Positions 59,614 through 64,000 of a DNA stretch of 64,000 bases are shown piece by piece. The notes under the pieces were generated by a model that made no database searches, was not told the origin of the DNA, and saw only the letters and a list, made by a program, of their open reading frames with translations. Numbering within the stretch: the stretch's first letter is position 1; the number at the start of each line of letters is the position of its first letter. Location of the stretch: positions 102,608 through 166,607 of the forward strand of contig NMRA01000755.1 of assembly GCA_002633005.1 (NCBI GenBank), in the 5' to 3' direction. The position numbers and the translations under genes were made by a program. Source of the stretch: Phoronis australis. Its lineage: Eukaryota > Animalia > Phoronida.

Positions 59614-62600
59614 ATGGCTTCTGACACGTCGCGACCGGGCATATCCCAGCGCGAATTGAGGGAGAAACTGTCAGCATGGGACGCAAAGTTCAATCCCAAG
59701 GCACCCCTGACGGACAATCAGCGTGATTGCTTTATGAATTTGACAACGTGTGCAGCAAGCAGACCATTGCCAATAGAGGTAAATGGCCTGCCCAGTCTGA
59801 CTCAGTGACTGTCTGTAGTCTGACTCTGTCTGACTTCGAGATCAGATATATCTATGGCAACCCATTGTTGCAGCTCAAACTGATGGATGTCTGCGCCAAA
59901 CTGATTTGCGGCACTTGAATTTGGCGTGGATTGGTGAGGCAAACTGATGCCTGTGCCAAACTGAAGCTACCATAAGTTCCCAAATTACTGCAAGTTCTTT
60001 ATGGATTATTTGATGTTTATCAGACAGAACCCAGTCTCAAAATTGACAAGGAGTGCTCACATATGCAGGTCATATGGATTAATCACATGGGGGAAGTGTA
60101 CTGGGAAACTATTACTCAGCACGCTGCACTCACTGCCATCAATTTCTGTTCTGATAACTGTTAAAAATGTATAAACCATTGGCAGTAATTTGGGAACTTA
60201 CGGTAGCATCAGTTTGGCTCACACGACCATGCCAAGTTGAAGTGCACCTAATCAGTTTTGTGCAGGTATCAGTTTGGGCGGCGACACCATCACCAGATCG
60301 TATTCGTATCATATTCAAGTCTCTTCTCATGTTGTAGGCAGTTTCACCATCTGACATAGGCCAACAAAGCTGGCTCAGTCAACTGGAACATTTTTTTGCA
60401 AATTAAGCTACACTCTGCATGGCTAAACCATCTTCAAAATTCTCTCATGATCTTGATGTGTTTCAGCTTCCATTAGACGAGTCACCTTCCTTAATTCCAC
60501 TATCTACAACACTAACTGCTGCATCTCATGAGGATCACAGCAGCTTGTTGACGGATTTAGGTGCAGACAAAATTGAAAATGCTCAGCAGGTAAATGACAA
60601 AATTGATAATTTGTAGTTAAAAAATGTGAAAATCAATTGAACAAAGCAGGGCATTTTTCCATTGTGTCTCGAGAGTAATTTTGGGAGAAAACTAGGAAAG
60701 GGTATTAATTAGCAATTTGAGGATTCCACTCACCTGGGAGAAAGTAGGCAATACTCAGCTCTTAAACAGTTAAGGGTTTCTTTGTCGACTTGGGGGAAAG
60801 GTGGCCTGTGACTTTTGAGAGAGGAATTATTTTGCTTGAGGAAAAATCTCCCACCAATTTCACCCCCTGGTCACTACTTCGCTCACCCTACGGTCGCCAA
60901 CCAATACCACCCCCTGGTCACCGCTACGCTCACCCTACGGTTGCCAACCAATGATTCTGGTCTTGTGTGAATTTCTTTCTATGCTCAGTACTATGTGGTC
61001 AACGCTACACTTGCTCTAAACTAATTCTTAATGTGTTGTGCACATCCAGGTTGCAAATTCTTATAAGGCATGACTGCGAGTGTGAAGTGAGGATATTTGA
61101 TATTTGGAAGTAAATGAAACTTCAGAAGTTGAAATTCTTAGTGTGTTAAAAAGTGATTTTCAGTTCTTGCGGAGAATTTCTTAATTGTAGGAGATTATTT
61201 TTTGGCATGATGACGGGAATTCTGTGTGATTTTTAAATATTTTTCAGAGGGGCATGGGGCGGGTATTCACCTCCAAAATTGAAGCATTGAGGGTCCTGAA
61301 TTTAATGACATGAAAACAATGTAATTTTACCCCTTCCCACTTCGCCATTGTGATTTAAATTTTCCCTTCTCTTACAGTTTTATTCTTGGTACGCAAAGTT
61401 GGAAGAGGTAATGGAAAATGAAGATGAGGTTGACTACAGGTACTGTATACGTTGTAGAATTGAAGACAATCCTGTGTGCTCTTGTTACGTCATGTAGTGT
61501 CATCATCTCTATAGGGTGGCAGGTTGTGTCGACAGTCTGTTTCTGATACTATTGTCTGCTTTTCTGCCGACTGGTGGGGCTTAGCTCCTTCTAAAGGAAA
61601 CATTCCAACTGATTCATTGTCATTTAGGAAAGTGATTATAGCTTAACTGATGACCCACTAAGTTGAAAGCTAAAAGCTGTTTGTGTCTGTGAGGTTTTTG
61701 AAAAAATGTGATAAAACTTTTTTGCAAAAAATGACACATGCATGTAATTTCTAGTGTTTGCACAGCTTCAGAAATGAGCTGGGCACAGATCAGAACCAAA
61801 TAAAGCTTTTGGCTTTAAATTTAGTGTTAATAAATTAATATGTTTTTATTAAGTGTACGGCATGTATATATTCTTAGGTTTTTGCCGATTCAATGGAGAC
61901 CACATTTTCAATAAATAACCACGTGCATACATACTGAAAAGATTGTACAATCATTTTCACCTGTCAGGTGTGTCATTGACCAACTGCTGGACTACAGGAG
62001 TCAATGTCACCAAGTGTTGGAAGAGATCTACAGTGCTATGGACTATCTTGGTCAGTTGAATAAACAACATGTGTTCGTGTCCACTAAGACAAACGCCTTG
62101 CATGAGGCCTGTGAACATCTACTCACAGAACAGGTATTTTACTGATTTGAAGAGCTTTTTGTAATACAAAATATTTTTTTGTAATGTACCAGACATAATA
62201 ATTCCAATTAGTTGTCCGATGATCGTTCAGCACTTGAAGAAAAATACTGCAATAGGAAAGAAACGTTTATTGTGCATCATCACAGGTGAAATGTCTAATG
62301 CTGTGCTATTCATGGCGTGGTATATGACAGATTGAATAAATAATTCGTACAAGAATTCTTCAGTTTGGGATCAAAAAGAAGAATTTGCTAACTATGATGT
62401 TATAAATCAGTGCGTTGTAACCAATGCATGATGTGTATAAAGACAAAGTTATAAATAGTTTTCGCTTATAATCATTACTAATTTGTCAGAAGCTTCCTTC
62501 ATCAATGCAAAAATTTACCAAATGTTACTATGGTAGCTGCTATACCATACAAGCCATCCAAAGACAAAGTAATTAAGTTTTCAGAAAAATCTTAAAATTG

Positions 62601-64000
62601 AGAAATCTGTGAAAAAAATGAAATTTCATTTTGTGGTCTCTGAACTAAGTGGTCAGTTGTGGTTTCGATGAAGAGTTGTATCATTTCCTTCACTCGCTTG
62701 ATCGTGCCTTCTGTTACAGACCAAACTAGTGAATACAGCTGAAAGTATCAATAACAAGTTATCGTACTTCAATGAGCTGGAAAGAATATCTAGTGTGAGT
62801 AGATTCTGAGTTAAGAGATTATCAAGTTAACATGACAAACGTTGAAAAGTTCATATGGAAATTACACTGAAAGTTTTACACTTTCAATGCTATCAATTTG
62901 TGCCTTCCGTTTGTTGTTATTTCCAAAGTGGCAGAGATGTTAGTTGGGAGATTTTTAAAAGCGTACACATTATTCTTCTTACGCTGTGCTAGTCAATATC
63001 GTATGATGTGGTTTAATATAGATACTAAACAGTTTTGTTTCATCAGAGAAGTTCTATGGTGTAATGTTGGTACTGAACACGAAATGAAATATGTAGTTGT
63101 TTTGGGACAATATATTTATTATTTTTCATTATGCGTAATACACATACCTTGATCTGCTATTTCAGAAACTTGGATCACCAACCCTGACGGTCACAAGTGA
63201 ATCTTTCATACCGATGTTATCGAGGATCGATGAGTGTATAGCTTATGTTATGTCAAATGTAAGGGATATGGTTTGTTGGAACCAGCTATTAACAGCTTAC
63301 AAGCCAAAAGTGATCAGAAAAATATCATCTTCTTGCCATGATGGGTCATTCTAGTTAATATCCTGATGGTAAATTGCATTTGCACTCAGCTGTTATGACA
63401 GAGAATTCCGCTTGCGTCCGTGACATCATTATGGGGTATTCAGATCATTTTTTGATCATTTTTTGCGTTTGTTGTTAGTATCTGGTAAATCATCAGAGTA
63501 TACATACTCTGAGCATTTAAAAAGTTGGGGGATGGGCACTTGAAAACTATTTCCTTTGGGATTTGGGTGCCTACCCAAGCTTTGAAGTTCAGATTGATGG
63601 CTGAAAAGCTTCATAGTAATGTTGCTTCGTATGGTTGCCAAATAATTCAAGGAAACGTGAACTAAGTTTTGAAATTTGGTAATTTGCCTAGTATTTCAAC
63701 ACTTCTTTCATGTTTAGAATTTGTTCTCAAAAAGTTGATGAAGTTCATTAAAATTTAAGCTGACTCCGAGTCAATGATATGGAGTAGCAAATTAGGAATG
63801 TAATCATAGGAAAACTTATTGTTATCACATCACTGGGGATTTATTTGAAATTTTAGTCTCAAAATTTTGTCAATTTTATGACATTGATGTTATTTTTTTC
63901 ATTTGTTATAATGACAGTGCTTGATGTTCTCTTTTCAGCCACAGTACAAAGAATCTGAAGTGTACCTGACACGGTTCAAGCACTGCTTATCAAAAGCCCT
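59614..64000 (+). CDS. COG3: Conserved oligomeric Golgi complex subunit 3, 5' portion (continues beyond the window)
   Basis: Exons 59614-59778 (REKLSAWD...APLTDNQ), 60467-60589 (KIENAQQ), 61378-61439 (FYSWYAKLE), 61968-62133 (VSTKTNALHEACEHLL), 62720-62794 (KLSYFNELE), 63166-63258 (KLGSPTL...FIPMLSRIDECI) and 63939-64000 (PQYKESEVYLTRFKHCLSKA). Matches the Sec34/COG3 N-terminal region. Confidence 0.96.
59840..60305. mobile_element. Fold-back/MITE-like element in COG3 intron 1
   Basis: ccaaactgaagctaccataagttcccaaattactgc (~59956-59991) pairs with gcagtaatttgggaacttacggtagcatcagtttgg (~60182-60217). caaactgat and atcagtttg sub-repeats extend outward. Boundaries are approximate. Confidence 0.7.
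60861..60952 (+). repeat. 47-bp tandem duplication
   Basis: caccccctggtcac...cgctcaccctacggt.gccaaccaat twice. Confidence 0.9.

Overview
AT-rich eukaryotic (animal) genomic DNA with intron-split genes. My inference from gene content, repeat style and apparent heterozygosity is a marine invertebrate deuterostome, possibly a hemichordate or echinoderm; this is not verified. Reading splice sites by hand gives seven protein-coding genes on strictly alternating strands: CNOT11 (+, 5' part outside the window), UFM1 (-), an unnamed secreted protein with Sushi, (SSEE)8 and Kunitz modules (+), a four-TM LAPTM-like protein with two PPxY motifs (-), a secreted coiled-coil plus olfactomedin protein (+), PARL (-) and COG3 (+, runs off the 3' end). 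Most ORFs in the supplied track are spurious or are exon fragments. Each of the four single-N gaps (9302, 25388, 30277, 38616) is flanked by a direct duplication, most likely both haplotypes assembled in tandem; these expose allele differences such as a filled versus empty transposon site and a one-allele inverted duplication. Several MITEs and hairpin repeats lie in introns. The most notable items are the Sushi-SSEE-Kunitz protein and the GC-AG intron that splits the UFM1 start codon. I found no prokaryote-type system (CRISPR, operon) and no clearly new multi-gene system.
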